Assembly: GCA_963668025.2 (NCBI GenBank)
Contig: CAXXTH010000017.1
Coordinates: 896,001 to 960,000 of the forward strand
Direction: 5' to 3'
Length of the DNA: 64,000 nucleotides
DNA from: Candidatus Hydrogenedentota bacterium
GTDB lineage: Bacteria > Hydrogenedentota > Hydrogenedentia > Hydrogenedentales > SLHB01
In this document: positions 42,372-51,769 of the stretch, piece by piece
Position numbering within the stretch: the stretch's first letter is position 1
How the letters are laid out: each line of letters starts with the position of its first letter
Notes under the pieces: model-generated
Databases searched by the model: none
The model's input: the letters and a program-made list of their open reading frames with translations, nothing else
What the model was told of the DNA's origin: nothing
Made by a program: the position numbers and the translations under genes

Positions 42372-43574
42372 ATGATGTCCATCTCGGAGAAAACAAGCGC
42401 CGCCCTGTTTAGTTATGTGCATGGCAATAATCTGGTCTACAACACCTGCTGGGAAGACCCCCGGATTGACCGCGTGGCCCTCGAGTTAACGCCGGATGAC
42501 ACGGTGGCCGTGATCACCTCGGCGGGCTGCAATGTGCTCGATTACGCCCTCGAACAGCCCAAGCATATCTACGCCATCGATATGAATTACCGGCAGAATG
42601 CTTTGCTTGAGCTTAAAATGGCGGGCATCCGCCACCTCGAGTTTGATGAATTTTTCCAACTGTTCGGCCGGGGCCGCATGCCCGGCTTCCGCGAACTCTA
42701 CCGCAGCCGTCTTCGCTACGCCCTGCCGCCCGCGGCGCAGGTGTATTGGGATGACCATCTCTATTTCTTCGAGGAGTCGGGCCGCCGTTCGAGTTTTTAT
42801 TTTCATGGCACTTCGGGTTTATTCGCATGGCTCATCAACGTGTATCTGAACCGCCGCCCCGGCCTGCGCGACGGGGTGAACGCCTTGCTGAACGCCCAAT
42901 GCATCGAGGAACAGCAGGAGGTTTACTTCGGATGGCTGCACAAGGCCTTCTGGAACCGCTTCATTCGGTGGGCCGTGGGGCGCGATGCGTCGCTGTCGCT
43001 CTTGGGCGTGCCGCAGGCCCAGCGCCGCCAGGTCGAGCGCCATTATGAAGGCGGCATCGCCCGCTTCATCGAGGACTGCGTCGAGGCGGTCTTCGCATAC
43101 CTGCCCCTGGGCGACAATTATTTCTGGCGCGTCTACCTCACGGGCGAATACGCCGGGGCGTGTTGTCCCGAATACTTGAAAGAAGACAATTTCCATGCCC
43201 TCAAAAACGGCCTCGTGGACCGCGTAAGCGTCCATACCGACACCATGCAAGGCTTCCTGCGTTCTAATGACGTAGCCATCTCGCGCTATGTCCTTCTCGA
43301 CCATATGGACTGGCTCAGCGCCCACCGCATTGCCGCCCTCGAGGAGGAATGGCAGGCGATTATCGAGCGCGCCGCGCCGCGCGCCCGCATTCTTTGGCGC
43401 AGCGGCGGGCTTCATGTGGACTTTGTGGATCCCATCCGGGTGCGGGTGGGCGGCGAGGAGGCGCGCCTCGGTGAACTGCTGGCCTACCGCTCCGAGTTGG
43501 CCGCCGAACTGCATGCCCGCGACCGGGTCCACACCTACGGCAGTTTCTATATCGCCGATTTGGCGGCGGGGTGA
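42372..43574 (+). CDS. btaA: SAM:diacylglycerol 3-amino-3-carboxypropyl transferase (DUF3419)
   Basis: [44 protein letters not shown]. Confidence 0.88.
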   Translation: MMSISEKTSAALFSYVHGNNLVYNTCWEDPRIDRVALELTPDDTVAVITSAGCNVLDYALEQPKHIYAIDMNYRQNALLELKMAGIRHLEFDEFFQLFGRGRMPGFRELYRSRLRYALPPAAQVYWDDHLYFFEESGRRSSFYFHGTSGLFAWLINVYLNRRPGLRDGVNALLNAQCIEEQQEVYFGWLHKAFWNRFIRWAVGRDASLSLLGVPQAQRRQVERHYEGGIARFIEDCVEAVFAYLPLGDNYFWRVYLTGEYAGACCPEYLKEDNFHALKNGLVDRVSVHTDTMQGFLRSNDVAISRYVLLDHMDWLSAHRIAALEEEWQAIIERAAPRARILWRSGGLHVDFVDPIRVRVGGEEARLGELLAYRSELAAELHARDRVHTYGSFYIADLAAG

Positions 43575-44308
43575 ACGCCATGGCGCTGCTGGGCGATCTT
43601 AAAATCCTGCTCCACATGGCCTTGTCATCGAACCGGGGGGAAACCCATGCCGGGCGTATGGAAGGCTTCTATCGCGGCCAGGCCGAAGGCTACGACGATT
43701 TCCGCCGCCGCTTGCTGCAAGGCCGCGCGGAGTTGTTCGCCGCCTTGGATGTGCCTGAAAACACTATCTGGGCCGATATGGGCGGCGGCACCGGTTCGAG
43801 CCTCGAATTCATGGGGGACAAATTGTCCCGCATGCGCAAAACCTATATCGTGGATCTCGCCCCTTCGTTGCTCGAAATGGCGGGCCAGCGCGTGGCGGCC
43901 CATGGATGGAACCATGTCGAGGCCGTCGAGGCCGACGCCACCCGTTTCGCGCCCGAGGCGGGCCAGCTTGGCCTGGTGACATTTTCCTATTCGCTTACAA
44001 TGATTCCCGATTGGTTCGCCGCCATAGACCACGCTCTCGAATTGCTCGAACCAGGCGGCCTCATTGGGGTAGTGGATTTCTATGTGTCCCGCAAGCATCC
44101 CGTTGAAGGATTCACGCGCCACGGCTGGGCCACGCGCAGCTTATGGCCCATCTGGTTCGCCCGCGACAACGTGTTTCCCAGCTCCGAGCATCTGCCTTAT
44201 CTGCACGCCAGATTCGAGCCTCTCCTTTGCATCGAGCGCCTTGCCCGCGTTCCATACCTGCCAGGCTTCCGCACGCCGTACTATCTATTCATCGGGCGAA
44301 AACGCTGA
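43571..44308 (+). CDS. btaB: SAM-dependent methyltransferase for betaine lipid synthesis (BtaB-like)
   Basis: [38 protein letters not shown]; overlaps the btaA stop. Confidence 0.82.
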   Translation: MNAMALLGDLKILLHMALSSNRGETHAGRMEGFYRGQAEGYDDFRRRLLQGRAELFAALDVPENTIWADMGGGTGSSLEFMGDKLSRMRKTYIVDLAPSLLEMAGQRVAAHGWNHVEAVEADATRFAPEAGQLGLVTFSYSLTMIPDWFAAIDHALELLEPGGLIGVVDFYVSRKHPVEGFTRHGWATRSLWPIWFARDNVFPSSEHLPYLHARFEPLLCIERLARVPYLPGFRTPYYLFIGRKR

Positions 44309-44588
44309 AAACCTCCACCATGGTGGAATCCGGGAAAGGGGTCCCGAAGAGACGGCCCAACACAGCCCAGTTCCCTATTTTAACGCTATTCCCGTTTCCG
44401 GTTTTATGGCGATGTGAATTCACACGGGGCATTCTCAGAAGGCCCCTTTCGTGAAAGAAAACACAGTTCTTTGGTGTTTCCAGCTTAAATGCAAGGCATA
44501 CCGGGCCGAGTTTGGCCTGAAACCGTGGCGGCATGTACACTAAGGAGTTTCTGGTGTTGCGCCAGGCAGTGGCGGAAAGGATGTTTTC

Positions 44589-45821
44589 GTGCAACAAGCC
44601 CCGAAAGGCTTTCGGCTTCATATCGGCCTGTTTGGCCGACGCAATGTGGGCAAATCGAGCCTGTTAAATGCGATTACACGGCAGGCGGTATCCATCGTGT
44701 CCGATACGGCGGGCACGACGACCGATCCGGTCGAAAAACCGATGGAACTGCTTCCCCTCGGCCCCGTGCTCTTCATTGATACGGCGGGTGTGGACGACGA
44801 GGGGGCGCTGGGCGAATTGCGCATCCAGCGGACGCGCCAGACCTTCGACCGCACCGACCTGGCCGTCATCGTGGCCGAGGCGGGGCATTGGGGCGATTTC
44901 GAGCGCCGTTTGCTTGACGCCTTCGCGGAACGCGGCGCACCCGCGCTGGTGGTGTTCAACAAGGCGGACTTGGCCGCGCCAGACGCAGCCACGCTGGCGG
45001 AACTCGACGAGCATGATACGCCCTATGTCCGCACGGTGGCGTCGCGCGGCGAGGGCATCCTCGATTTCCGCCAGGCGTTGCTCGACCATGCGCCCGATGA
45101 ATTCGTCAACAATCCCGCCATCCTGGGCGACCTCGTAGGGCCGGGCGAGATGGCCGTGCTGGTCGTGCCCATCGACAAGGAAGCCCCGAAAGGCCGGCTC
45201 ATCATGCCGCAGGTGCAGTCCATCCGCGACTTGCTCGACAGCGACGCCTTTTGCATGGTGGTGAAGGAGCGCGAACTGCGCGAAGCGCTGGACCGCCTCA
45301 AAAAGCCGCCGAAACTGGTGGTGACGGATTCGCAAGCTTTTCTCAAGGTCGCGGCGGACACGCCGCCGTCGATCCCCATGACCAGTTTCTCGATCCTGTT
45401 CGCGAGGTTCCGGGGCGACCTCACGGCGCAAGTCGAGGCCACGCTGGCCATCGAGCGCCTGCATACGGGCGACCGCATCCTCGTGGCGGAGGCGTGCAGC
45501 CACCACCCCATCGGTGAGGATATCGGCCGGGTGAAGATCCCCCGCTGGCTCACCCAGTACGTGGGCGGCAAGCTGGAATTCGACACCGTGCAAGGGCATG
45601 ATTTTCCGGATGATGTGTCGCCCTACAAACTCGTGGTCCATTGCGGGGCGTGTACGACGAACCGGCGCGAAGTGTTGAGCCGGCTCATGCGCTGCCGCAT
45701 GGCGGGCGTGCCCATGACGAACTACGGATTAACCATCGCCTACAGCCTGGGCATCTTCGAGCGCGCCCTCGAACCGTTCCCGGCGGCCCTCGATGCGTAC
45801 CGGGCGGCGAAGGCGGTGTAG
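44589..45821 (+). CDS. hydF: [FeFe]-hydrogenase maturation GTPase HydF
   Basis: GRRNVGKSS, GTTTDPVEK.MEL.PLGP, APKGRLI.PQ, TDSQ, EACSHH...HCGAC, NYG. Confidence 0.95.
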   Translation: MQQAPKGFRLHIGLFGRRNVGKSSLLNAITRQAVSIVSDTAGTTTDPVEKPMELLPLGPVLFIDTAGVDDEGALGELRIQRTRQTFDRTDLAVIVAEAGHWGDFERRLLDAFAERGAPALVVFNKADLAAPDAATLAELDEHDTPYVRTVASRGEGILDFRQALLDHAPDEFVNNPAILGDLVGPGEMAVLVVPIDKEAPKGRLIMPQVQSIRDLLDSDAFCMVVKERELREALDRLKKPPKLVVTDSQAFLKVAADTPPSIPMTSFSILFARFRGDLTAQVEATLAIERLHTGDRILVAEACSHHPIGEDIGRVKIPRWLTQYVGGKLEFDTVQGHDFPDDVSPYKLVVHCGACTTNRREVLSRLMRCRMAGVPMTNYGLTIAYSLGIFERALEPFPAALDAYRAAKAV

Positions 45822-45844
45822 ATTTTGCATTATAGAAACAAGAG

Positions 45845-45995
45845 TTTTTTGACATGATTTACAAGATAGACAAGATTCATATGATTCATTAAGCAGGATA
45901 AACAGCGCCAAGTTTTGTGTTATATATTTATGTTTTCTATTTATTATTAATCAACTCTGAAAAATCTTGTTCATCTTGTAAATCATGTCTAAAAA
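45845..45995. repeat. Inverted pair of 9-nt periodic repeats around an AT-rich spacer
   Basis: 45845-45877 and the reverse complement of 45963-45995 match at 30/33; the first 23 nt are identical to 9343-9365. Confidence 0.75.
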
Positions 45996-46046
45996 GTAAA
46001 ACACCGGATGTAATATGTAACCTGCTATTTTGTTTTAAGGATCAAT

Positions 46047-47099
46047 ATGGACAAAACAGAAATACTCCAATGGCTGCGTGAGGAAAACGAATCCCGCCTC
46101 AAAGAGTTGTGGCGCATGGCCGATGCGGCGCGCCGCGAGCACGTGGGCGACGCGGTGCACCTGCGCGGGCTGATCGAGATATCAAACTACTGCTGCCGCG
46201 AATGCGGGTATTGCGGCCTGCGCGCGGGCAACCGGGGCGTCGAACGATACCGCATGGGCGAAGACGAGATCGTGGAGTGCGCGCATCAAGCGAAACACTA
46301 CGGATACGGCACGGTGGTCATGCAGTCGGGTGAGGATTACGGCATCGAGTGCGCATGGATGGTGGGCGTGATCCGGCGGATCAAATCCGAGACCGGCCTG
46401 GCCGTCACGCTGAGCTTGGGCGAACGTTCCGATGAGGAACTCGATACGTGGCGCGCGGCGGGAGCGAACCGTTATCTGCTGCGTTTCGAGACTTCGGACC
46501 CGGAGCTGTTCCGCCTGATCCACCCCTCGCTGCCCCATCGCCCAGCGTCGGACCGCATCGCCATGTTGCGCCGCCTGAAGGCCTTTGGTTACGAGGCGGG
46601 CAGCGGCGTCATGATCGGCATTCCCGGCCAGACCTATGACAGCCTGGCGAATGACATCCAGATGTTCCAGACGCTCGATCTCGATATGATCGGCGTCGGC
46701 CCCTATATCTCCCATCCCGCCACGCCCCTGGGCGCGGGTGATATCCCGCGTGCGCCCGAGGATGAGCAGGTTCCCAATACGGAGCTGATGACCTATAAAG
46801 TCGTGGCCCTCACGCGCCTGGCCTGCCCCGAGGCCAACATACCGAGCACGACGGCCCTAGCCACGCTCAATAAGGAATCGGGGCGGGAACTGGGCCTTCA
46901 ACGAGGCGCGAATGTGGTGATGCCCAACCTGACTCCTGTACAATATCGCGATAAGTACGAAATCTATCCAGCGAAGGTATGCATCCACGAGACGTCAGGG
47001 CAATGCCGTTCCTGCATGCAGGCGCGGATCGTCTCGATTGGCCGGGTGGTGGGCGAAGGGCCAGGTGGGCGCATAAGCCATAGCGACGCCTCGCGTTAG
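46047..47099 (+). CDS. hydE: [FeFe]-hydrogenase maturation radical SAM HydE
   Basis: LRGLIEISNYCCRECGYCGLR, QSGED, YLLRFET, P.TTAL, GANVVMPN, YEIYP. Confidence 0.93.
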   Translation: MDKTEILQWLREENESRLKELWRMADAARREHVGDAVHLRGLIEISNYCCRECGYCGLRAGNRGVERYRMGEDEIVECAHQAKHYGYGTVVMQSGEDYGIECAWMVGVIRRIKSETGLAVTLSLGERSDEELDTWRAAGANRYLLRFETSDPELFRLIHPSLPHRPASDRIAMLRRLKAFGYEAGSGVMIGIPGQTYDSLANDIQMFQTLDLDMIGVGPYISHPATPLGAGDIPRAPEDEQVPNTELMTYKVVALTRLACPEANIPSTTALATLNKESGRELGLQRGANVVMPNLTPVQYRDKYEIYPAKVCIHETSGQCRSCMQARIVSIGRVVGEGPGGRISHSDASR

Positions 47100-47122
47100 G
47101 CTTGAGAGGGGGAAACAGCATT

Positions 47123-47803
47123 ATGATGGAACATAAGGATGAACGGCTTCTCAAGCATGCCTTGCTCGAGCGCCTCATGCATTATCATTACATCGTCGGA
47201 GAGAAGCACAAACCCAATGCGCCCGGCGAACCGGCTAACGAAACGATATCGAGCGCCGAAATCGCCAAATATCTCACCATGGACGACACGCTTGTCCGCA
47301 AAGACCTTGCGGCCATCGGCGTCCGGGGATATCCCCGCGTGGGATTCAAATCGGCGGAGGTGCTTAAAGCCATTCGGGAGGTGCTGGGATTCGACGACGA
47401 GTTTCGTTCCGCGATCATCGGCGCGGGGCGCATGGGCGGGGCGCTGGCGTCTTACCGCAATTTCGCCCGGTATGGCCTCGCCATTATGGCCGCTTTTGAT
47501 AACGATCCCGCCAAACATGGAACGTATCTCGGCCAGATTGAGGTGCAGCCCATGGAATGTCTGGAGGAAGTGCTCGAGAGTTTACATATCCGCCTGGCGA
47601 TTCTCACCGTGCCCGCAGGCCCTGCGCAAGCCATCACGGACCGCCTGGTGCGGGCCGGTATTCGCGCCATCTGGAATTTCGCCCCCGACACCCTCGCCGT
47701 TCCCGACGGCGTGACCGTCCGGCACGAGCATATCAGCGTGGGCCTGGCGGAACTGGCCTATCACCTCAAACAATCCGGCGCTGGCCGCAGCGAGGAGGAA
47801 TGA
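47123..47803 (+). CDS. rex: Redox-sensing transcriptional repressor Rex
   Basis: ISSAEIA, VRKDL..IG..G..RVGF, IIGAGRMGGAL, FDNDP.K.G, AIWNFAP. Confidence 0.92.
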   Translation: MMEHKDERLLKHALLERLMHYHYIVGEKHKPNAPGEPANETISSAEIAKYLTMDDTLVRKDLAAIGVRGYPRVGFKSAEVLKAIREVLGFDDEFRSAIIGAGRMGGALASYRNFARYGLAIMAAFDNDPAKHGTYLGQIEVQPMECLEEVLESLHIRLAILTVPAGPAQAITDRLVRAGIRAIWNFAPDTLAVPDGVTVRHEHISVGLAELAYHLKQSGAGRSEEE

Positions 47804-47842
47804 GGATTCTGGACCACGAAATACACTAAATACACTAAAATC

Positions 47843-48422
47843 TGTAGGGTGGGGCTTGCCCCACCGCTCAAGGAATACCTCTGTGGACTGGATGTAACTA
47901 TCTAATGCAAATTAGCTTCCAAAGAGAATCCTTGTGAGAGAACAACTTTTTGGCAAATAGTAGTACGGAGCAGCATACACGTAGCCAAACAGGGGGCTTT
48001 ATTAAATTATCTATTTAACATAAATAGCTTGGAATAGGCATATGTAGACATATCGAGGTATAGGTATGATCACTTATTACAAAATAAGGTATATTGCCTG
48101 GAAACTGCTCTATGAGGCTGTTATAGGTGCTTTCTGGGGAACTATTGGAGGATCGTCCATCATGATACCGCACGACGTGTTGGGGCTCAATTGGTTTTTA
48201 TCACTGATAATAAGCATCTTTTCTTTTACGCTTGTTGTTCTATTCCTCGTCCTTATCAAACATATCATTGATAGAGCAAAAGAACGAAGAGCCACCAGCT
48301 AGTCATTTTCGTAGTACTATCTGGCAAAACGTCGTTTCCTTGTGAAGATTTTGCATAGAACTCAAATTCTATCAAATAGTGGGGCGCACCGCCCTGATCG
48401 GTGGGGCAAGCCCCACCCTACA
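47843..48422. repeat. Perfect 24-bp inverted GTAG-type REP pair (family C) enclosing an AT-rich segment
   Basis: TGTAGGGTGGGGCTTGCCCCACCG at 47843-47866 and its exact reverse complement at 48399-48422. Confidence 0.85.
48066..48302 (+). CDS. Small 2-TM membrane protein, low GC
   Basis: 78-aa ORF with two hydrophobic helices, preceded by GAGG; lies inside the REP pair. Confidence 0.55.
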   Translation: MITYYKIRYIAWKLLYEAVIGAFWGTIGGSSIMIPHDVLGLNWFLSLIISIFSFTLVVLFLVLIKHIIDRAKERRATS

Positions 48423-48435
48423 TATGTTGGTGTAT

Positions 48436-49530
48436 TTAGTGGTCCGAAACCGTTTCTTCGAGCATATTCATGTGGCAGCGCAAGAGTTTGCCAGTCCGTT
48501 CGTCCCGCAGATGAAGCCCGTTGCCTTCGCACCATGTCCAGGAAGGACAGTCCGCGCACTCTTCCGTACGCGCCCACGAGCGGTCGCGCATGTTGGCGAA
48601 CCGGTTATTCCAGCAATCGAGGAAACTGTCTTTATAGATGTTCCCTTGGATGTAATCGCCACGCAAGCTCGGGCACGCGCTGATCGAGCCGTCGGCCAAT
48701 ACGGAGCCGATGCATATCCCCGCACGGCACCAGAAATATCCATTGCGCACTTCCCCCTCGAAGGGGCCTAGGAAGCCTTCGCAGCCGTAACTGGCCTTAA
48801 TCTGTTTTTCGTTGCGCGCCGTGCGGATGAATTCGAGGAGCGATTCCAATTGGCGGCCCGAGACATCAAGAAGCGCATTGTCCTCGGCGCGGCCTTTCGG
48901 GAAAATCGTGAACAAGCGCCATTGCCGGACGCCCCGGCTGATGAGCAAGTCGCGCACGGTTTCGAGTTCATCGAAATTGCGCTGGTTCACGCAGGTCACC
49001 ACGTCGAAGGCCATATCTTCCGCTTTTGCGGCAATCGTGATGGCTTCGAGCGCGCGGGCATAGGAATCGGGGCGGCCCCGCAGCCAGTTATGGCTTTCTT
49101 CGAGGCCATCGAGGCTGATGGTGAGCGAGCGCAGCCCACTTCGGCGCAATCCATTGAATCGCTCCGCCGTGAGGTGGTAGCCGTTCGAGACCATGCCCCA
49201 GGGGAATCCACGTTCGAGGAAGGCCGCGCCGCACGCCTCGAGATCGTCGCGCATGAGCGGCTCGCCGCCCGTCAGGGCCAGCATGACCCGTTCCGGGCGG
49301 CATTGTGTTTTCACTTCATCGAGCACGCGCAGGAAATCCGCAAGCGGCATATCCCGCACCACGCTGTCGCGGTGGCAATCGCTGCCGCAGTGGCGGCAGC
49401 CCAGATTGCAACGCAACGTGCACTCCCAAAACAAATACGTCAGGTCATGCAGCGCCGCTTGAACATGACGATACCGCGCGAACACCCCGAGCGTCATGCG
49501 TTTTTTAAAGCCGGGCCGTGTGTCTTTCAT
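48436..49530 (-). CDS. Radical SAM/SPASM enzyme, rSAM/lipoprotein-system (TIGR04133-like, splicease-type)
   Basis: YLFWECTLRCNLGCRHCGSDC, TGGEPL, SLDG; SPASM CRAG...DGSISACP...GNI...CADC..WC.GNG.HL. Confidence 0.88.
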   Translation of the reverse strand: MKDTRPGFKKRMTLGVFARYRHVQAALHDLTYLFWECTLRCNLGCRHCGSDCHRDSVVRDMPLADFLRVLDEVKTQCRPERVMLALTGGEPLMRDDLEACGAAFLERGFPWGMVSNGYHLTAERFNGLRRSGLRSLTISLDGLEESHNWLRGRPDSYARALEAITIAAKAEDMAFDVVTCVNQRNFDELETVRDLLISRGVRQWRLFTIFPKGRAEDNALLDVSGRQLESLLEFIRTARNEKQIKASYGCEGFLGPFEGEVRNGYFWCRAGICIGSVLADGSISACPSLRGDYIQGNIYKDSFLDCWNNRFANMRDRSWARTEECADCPSWTWCEGNGLHLRDERTGKLLRCHMNMLEETVSDH

Positions 49531-49781
49531 TTCTTAGGCAGTTCAATGCCTTGCCGTACGGCGTCCGCGACTGGAGGCGCTGGCTGCTCGATTGTGATTT
49601 TCGCTTCCGGCACGCCGTATAAAGGCTCGACGCCATATTCGGGCGCGGGGCCATACATGACCGTGCATGGGCAGCCGGCCAACGCCAGCCCCATCACACC
49701 CAGTAAAAGCGACAACACAACACTTCGCCCCCGCAACCCCATCCGGCGCAGCCAATGGGCTGCTTGTTTTGCTTGCGCCAT
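49527..49781 (-). CDS. Small lipoprotein, putative rSAM substrate with three YG motifs
   Basis: GGAGG RBS; signal peptide with lipobox LAGC; MYGPAPEYGVEPLYGVP; stop overlaps the rSAM start (ATGA). Confidence 0.8.
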   Translation of the reverse strand: MAQAKQAAHWLRRMGLRGRSVVLSLLLGVMGLALAGCPCTVMYGPAPEYGVEPLYGVPEAKITIEQPAPPVADAVRQGIELPKK

Positions 49782-50425
49782 TTCGTTGTCCTCCCTTAAT
49801 CGTACCTACTTACCAATGTATACAGTATGCATTATGTTTTGTTTCGTGTAAACAGAAAATTCAAATAATTTCCCAAATAGTATTGAATTCGCATAATCGC
49901 GATGCATGCGCTTTTGCCAATCCATGGACCACTTAAGCAAGGAATTCAGCCTGCAAGCTGATTCATCCAGAATGTTACGCCATGTTCCTTGGGCATATGT
50001 TTCGTAAACGCCTTTCGTTCTCCGTGGCTCCCCGTGTCCCCGTGGTTAAGAAGCTTCTTTGAATAGGATTGCCACTACCTGCATGCTATCCCTAGTTCTT
50101 CAACACACATAAATTCTCACGAAAACCCTCATAATGCTGTTTTCTTGCGAAGATTCCGGTGTAAATCAAATCACATTAGATAGTTGCATGTCTCGGCTCT
50201 TTACATGGTGTTTTGTTTGAGCCTTACTCATCACATGGGCGAGACACCCATGCTACGGGTGTTAAAACAGGGAGAAAATTCATTGGTGTCCATTGGTGGT
50301 TCAAAATAAACGTCCCGGCTTGATTGCCGCCGCGCCTCTTGTGTACCCGGTCTTGGCATGAAATCCTGTTAAAAAATACACGGCGTGCTATAATCGCACG
50401 GCCATTAAGGATGAGAAGTATTGAT

Positions 50426-51769
50426 ATGGCGCAAGCAGCGGCACATCGGACATCGCAAGGGAAACAGGGCGCGCTCACCCTCGGCAATCTGGCATGGTTT
50501 GCCGTAGCAGTGTGTGCGGTCGCCGTGGCGTTTCTCGTGCGCAGCCCGTATATGGCGTATATGCTATACGCCTTCTTGCTGCTGGTTGTATTGTCCCATA
50601 TCACCTCCCGCGCCTGGCTTTCAGGACTCGACTGCACGCGCACGCTCAGCGCGGATACGGTGCGCCAAGGTGAGGAGGTCGAGATCGAGACGACGATCAC
50701 CAACCGACGGGGCTGGCCCATTCCGTGGATTTTCTTCGAGGACCATATCCCGGAAGGCTTCCCGCTGCGGGGCGACAACCTGCGCCTGGCGATTCTCATG
50801 CCGGGACGTTCGGTCACGCTGCGCTACGCTTTACGCTGTACGCGCCGGGGCTACCACCGCGTCGGGCCGCTCTTGATGGAATCAGGCGACCTGTTCGGCC
50901 TGCAAAAACGCTTCCGCACGGGTGTGCGCCAGGACTACGTGTCGGTGCTGCCCACGGTGGCGTATATCGACACGTTCAACATCAGCGCCCGGCGGCCCCA
51001 GGGGCCGGTGCGCATCAGCAACCGGGTATATGAAGACCCCACGCGCATCACCGGCGTGCGGGAATATGTCCCCGGCGATCCCATGAACCGCATTCACTGG
51101 AAAGTGTCAGCGCGGGCGGGCGAATTGTATGTGCGGCAGTATGAACCATCGAGCGTGCTGGGCGCGACGCTTGTGCTTGATCTCTTCACGCCGTGGTACC
51201 AGGGAGAGGATGGCCCCAGCCGCATGGAGCTGGCCATTACCACGGCGGCCTCGGTGGCTTATCTCCTCCAAATGTCGGGCGAGCAAGTGGGCCTCCTGAC
51301 GAACGCCCGCGACGCCGCCGAAGTGGCGCGCTATGAAGTCGAGTCATCGGACACCCTCAGCCGCCAGGAGGCTGACGCGGGTATGGCGGGCGAAGCCGGT
51401 AGTGATCGCCTCAATCCGCTTGAAGTGCCCACGCGCCGCTCGCCCATCCAGGCGCGGATGATCATCGAGAACCTGGCGCGCGTGCTGCCCTCGGACGGGC
51501 TGGATGCGGGGCGGCTGCTGATGTCCGCCTTCCGGCGTTTGCCGCGTGACGCCGCCTTATTGCCCATCGTGCCCACGGTGACGGAGGATTTCGCACTCGC
51601 GCTGGGCGCACTAAAGCTATCTGGATTCGCGGTGACGGTTTTTCTCATCGCCAACGCCGCGCAACACATGAAAGTGGCGGACCTATTGGCCGCCCAGGAA
51701 ATCAACCTGATTCATATCGAACACGAGCGGAATTTGCATGAATTCTCACCCGCCCAAATCGGACGATGA
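50426..51769 (+). CDS. DUF58 domain protein
   Basis: RRGYHRVGP....GDLFGL, VREYVPGDPMNRIHWKVSAR..ELYVRQYE, ELAIT.AAS. Confidence 0.88.
   Translation: MAQAAAHRTSQGKQGALTLGNLAWFAVAVCAVAVAFLVRSPYMAYMLYAFLLLVVLSHITSRAWLSGLDCTRTLSADTVRQGEEVEIETTITNRRGWPIPWIFFEDHIPEGFPLRGDNLRLAILMPGRSVTLRYALRCTRRGYHRVGPLLMESGDLFGLQKRFRTGVRQDYVSVLPTVAYIDTFNISARRPQGPVRISNRVYEDPTRITGVREYVPGDPMNRIHWKVSARAGELYVRQYEPSSVLGATLVLDLFTPWYQGEDGPSRMELAITTAASVAYLLQMSGEQVGLLTNARDAAEVARYEVESSDTLSRQEADAGMAGEAGSDRLNPLEVPTRRSPIQARMIIENLARVLPSDGLDAGRLLMSAFRRLPRDAALLPIVPTVTEDFALALGALKLSGFAVTVFLIANAAQHMKVADLLAAQEINLIHIEHERNLHEFSPAQIGR

Noticed and set aside
44413-44466. Rex operator candidates upstream of hydF (TGTGAATTCACA; TCGTGAAAGAAAACACAG)
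   Set aside because: Spacing is wrong in the first and the second matches only 10 of 14 consensus positions; needs a weight-matrix test.
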